Assembly (NCBI GenBank): GCA_965218585.1
Contig: CBDCLE010000012.1
Location: forward strand, 64,001 to 128,000
DNA length: 64,000 nt
Source of the DNA: Terriglobia bacterium
Lineage (GTDB): Bacteria > Acidobacteriota > Terriglobia > 20CM-2-55-15
Direction of reading: 5' to 3'
Made by a program: the position numbers and the translations under genes. Of this stretch, positions 62,356-64,000 are shown in pieces (the stretch's first letter is position 1; every line of letters starts with the position of its first letter). The notes below the pieces were generated by a model. The model did no database searches and was not told where the DNA came from. It saw only the letters and a program-made list of their open reading frames with translations.

Positions 62356-62432
62356 AATAGTCTCCTCCGATTGGTCGTCCGGAATCTGCCGGAACGACAT
62401 CGAATACGCTGGAAATTGTTCAGAATTATAGC

Positions 62433-63524
62433 ATGAGAGTCATTTCGGTCGTGGGCGCCCGCCCCAACTTCATGAAGATCGCGCCCCTGGCCGACGAGTT
62501 CTCCCGGATCCCGGGAATCAGTCATTTGCTGGTTCACACCGGACAGCATTACGACCCAGAGATGTCTGACGTTTTTTTTCAGGATTTGTCAATTCCCAGG
62601 CCCGATGTCGATCTGGAAGTCGGGTCCGCTTCCCATGCCGCCCAGACTGCTCAGATCATGACCCGGTTCGAAAAGGTCTGCGTGGAGCAACGTCCCGACC
62701 TTGTGATCGTTGTGGGTGACGTGAACTCGACGATGGCCGCCACGCTGGTGGCGTCCAAGATGGGTATCCCAGTTGCTCACGTCGAAGCCGGCCTGCGGAG
62801 CTTCGACCGCAGGATGCCCGAAGAGATAAATCGTGTTGTGACCGACCAGTTGGCCGACTACTTGTTCACGACAAGCCGGGGGGCCGACGAAAACCTGAAG
62901 CGGGAAGGCGTGAGCGGCGAAAAAATCCACTTCGTCGGCAACGTCATGATCGACACACTGCTCGCTCACAAGGGGAAGGCCGAAGGCCTGGACTCTGCCT
63001 CCCGTTTTGGAGTCGATGGTGAATCGTACGCCCTGATGACCCTGCACCGGCCGTCGAACGTAGACGACCGGTCAACCCTTGAAGACATTCTGACTGCAGT
63101 TCAGGACATCTCGAAATCACTCCCTGTCGTCTTTCCGATTCATCCCCGTACGTCAAGACGTATCCGGGAGTTTGAACTGGATCCCATGGTCCACGGCAAC
63201 GTCAGACTCACAGAACCGCTGGGATACCTCGAGTTTCTGAACTTGATGTCAGGCGCACAGTTGGTCCTTACAGATTCGGGAGGACTGCAGGAAGAAACGA
63301 CCATCCTGGGGGTCCCCTGCCTCACGATCCGTGAAAACACCGAGCGTCCCGTGACGATATCCGAGGGCACGAACGAATTGGTCGGAACGGATCCGGATCG
63401 CATCCGGGAACAAGCCGGCAAGATCCTGTCGGGAAACTGGAAAACACCCCGTGTCCCAGAGCTCTGGGACGGAAAGGCCGCTGAACGTATTGTTGCGATC
63501 CTTACTGCGGACGTTTCGGCCTGA
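62433..63524 (+). CDS. wecB: UDP-N-acetylglucosamine 2-epimerase (non-hydrolysing)
   Basis: GARPNFMK, HTGQHYD, HVEAGLRS, TDSGGLQEE, RENTERP. Confidence 0.95.
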   Translation: MRVISVVGARPNFMKIAPLADEFSRIPGISHLLVHTGQHYDPEMSDVFFQDLSIPRPDVDLEVGSASHAAQTAQIMTRFEKVCVEQRPDLVIVVGDVNSTMAATLVASKMGIPVAHVEAGLRSFDRRMPEEINRVVTDQLADYLFTTSRGADENLKREGVSGEKIHFVGNVMIDTLLAHKGKAEGLDSASRFGVDGESYALMTLHRPSNVDDRSTLEDILTAVQDISKSLPVVFPIHPRTSRRIREFELDPMVHGNVRLTEPLGYLEFLNLMSGAQLVLTDSGGLQEETTILGVPCLTIRENTERPVTISEGTNELVGTDPDRIREQAGKILSGNWKTPRVPELWDGKAAERIVAILTADVSA

Positions 63525-63790
63525 CCTGAAGATCCCTCGATCCGAAGATTGCAAGCATCAACACAAAGGCAGGAACGTAAGGAACTTTCTTATATCGAGC
63601 CGTCGTGGGATCCTCCGCTCGCCCAATCGACCCACGCAAATCATGAATTCTCAACCGTGCTAACATGTTGCGGCAGCCAGTTGCGATTTATCGGTAGAGC
63701 GATTACAAGACTGAGCTTTCTGGTCGGCCTCCGAATCACCCATTGATTTACAAGCAATATGGGGCCGCTCCCTGTGGAGAGGATTCGCCG

Positions 63791-64000
63791 TTGAAACGCA
63801 GAAGCAAACTGACTCTTCTTGAAATGAACAGGATGAAGCGAGACAGAGATCCAATCTCCTGGATCACGGCATACGACCTGCCTTTGGCCCAGGCTGCTGA
63901 AGAAGCGGGAGTCGACATGATCTTGGTCGGTGACTCCGGTGGCATGGTGCAGCTGGGACACGAGACGACAAATCCCGTGACGATGGAAGAGATGATGGTG
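63791..64000 (+). CDS. panB: Ketopantoate hydroxymethyltransferase (5' part, runs off the window)
   Basis: Translation ...ISWITAYDLPLAQAAEEAGVDMILVGDSGGMVQLG...VTMEEM. Confidence 0.9.
   Translation, partial: MKRRSKLTLLEMNRMKRDRDPISWITAYDLPLAQAAEEAGVDMILVGDSGGMVQLGHETTNPVTMEEMMV

Noticed and set aside
63530-63790. Riboswitch or pan-motif RNA upstream of panB
   Set aside because: No recognisable conserved stems by eye. An Rfam scan would be needed.

Overview
A 64-kb bacterial chromosomal segment, most consistent with an Acidobacteriota genome (ADOP-type permease with PadR, DUF1552/DUF1592/ankyrin cluster, tandem DUF5916 genes). The core blocks are an envelope/lipid A operon (lolC/E-lolD-clpC-bamA-skp-fabZ-lpxA-lpxI-GnnA-like-TonB-SpoIID-miaA-hfq-hflX), typA, crt-ribH-nusB-lysS, a cyclophilin, pgsA-like, wecB and the start of panB. 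Mobile DNA is abundant: two near-identical IS701 copies, an IS1182, an IS5/IS427-group element, a 272-bp MITE, a probable IS1595 remnant and nine dispersed palindromic repeat elements. The most striking feature is a 4.87-kb cargo transposon (3118-7983) with GGCTTTGCCCG terminal inverted repeats and a perfect 9-bp target duplication (CCACAGAAG). It carries a SWIM-finger/DDE transposase, a coiled-coil/wHTH-like ORF, a secreted M48 peptidase passenger, and a complete but non-canonical tRNA-like gene (anticodon CGT, encoded CCA). That gene is followed by a structured ~125-nt leader directly upstream of the transposase. The first ~7.3 kb contains many single-base frameshifts, probably assembly errors. 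All family calls come from motif recognition, not from database searches.
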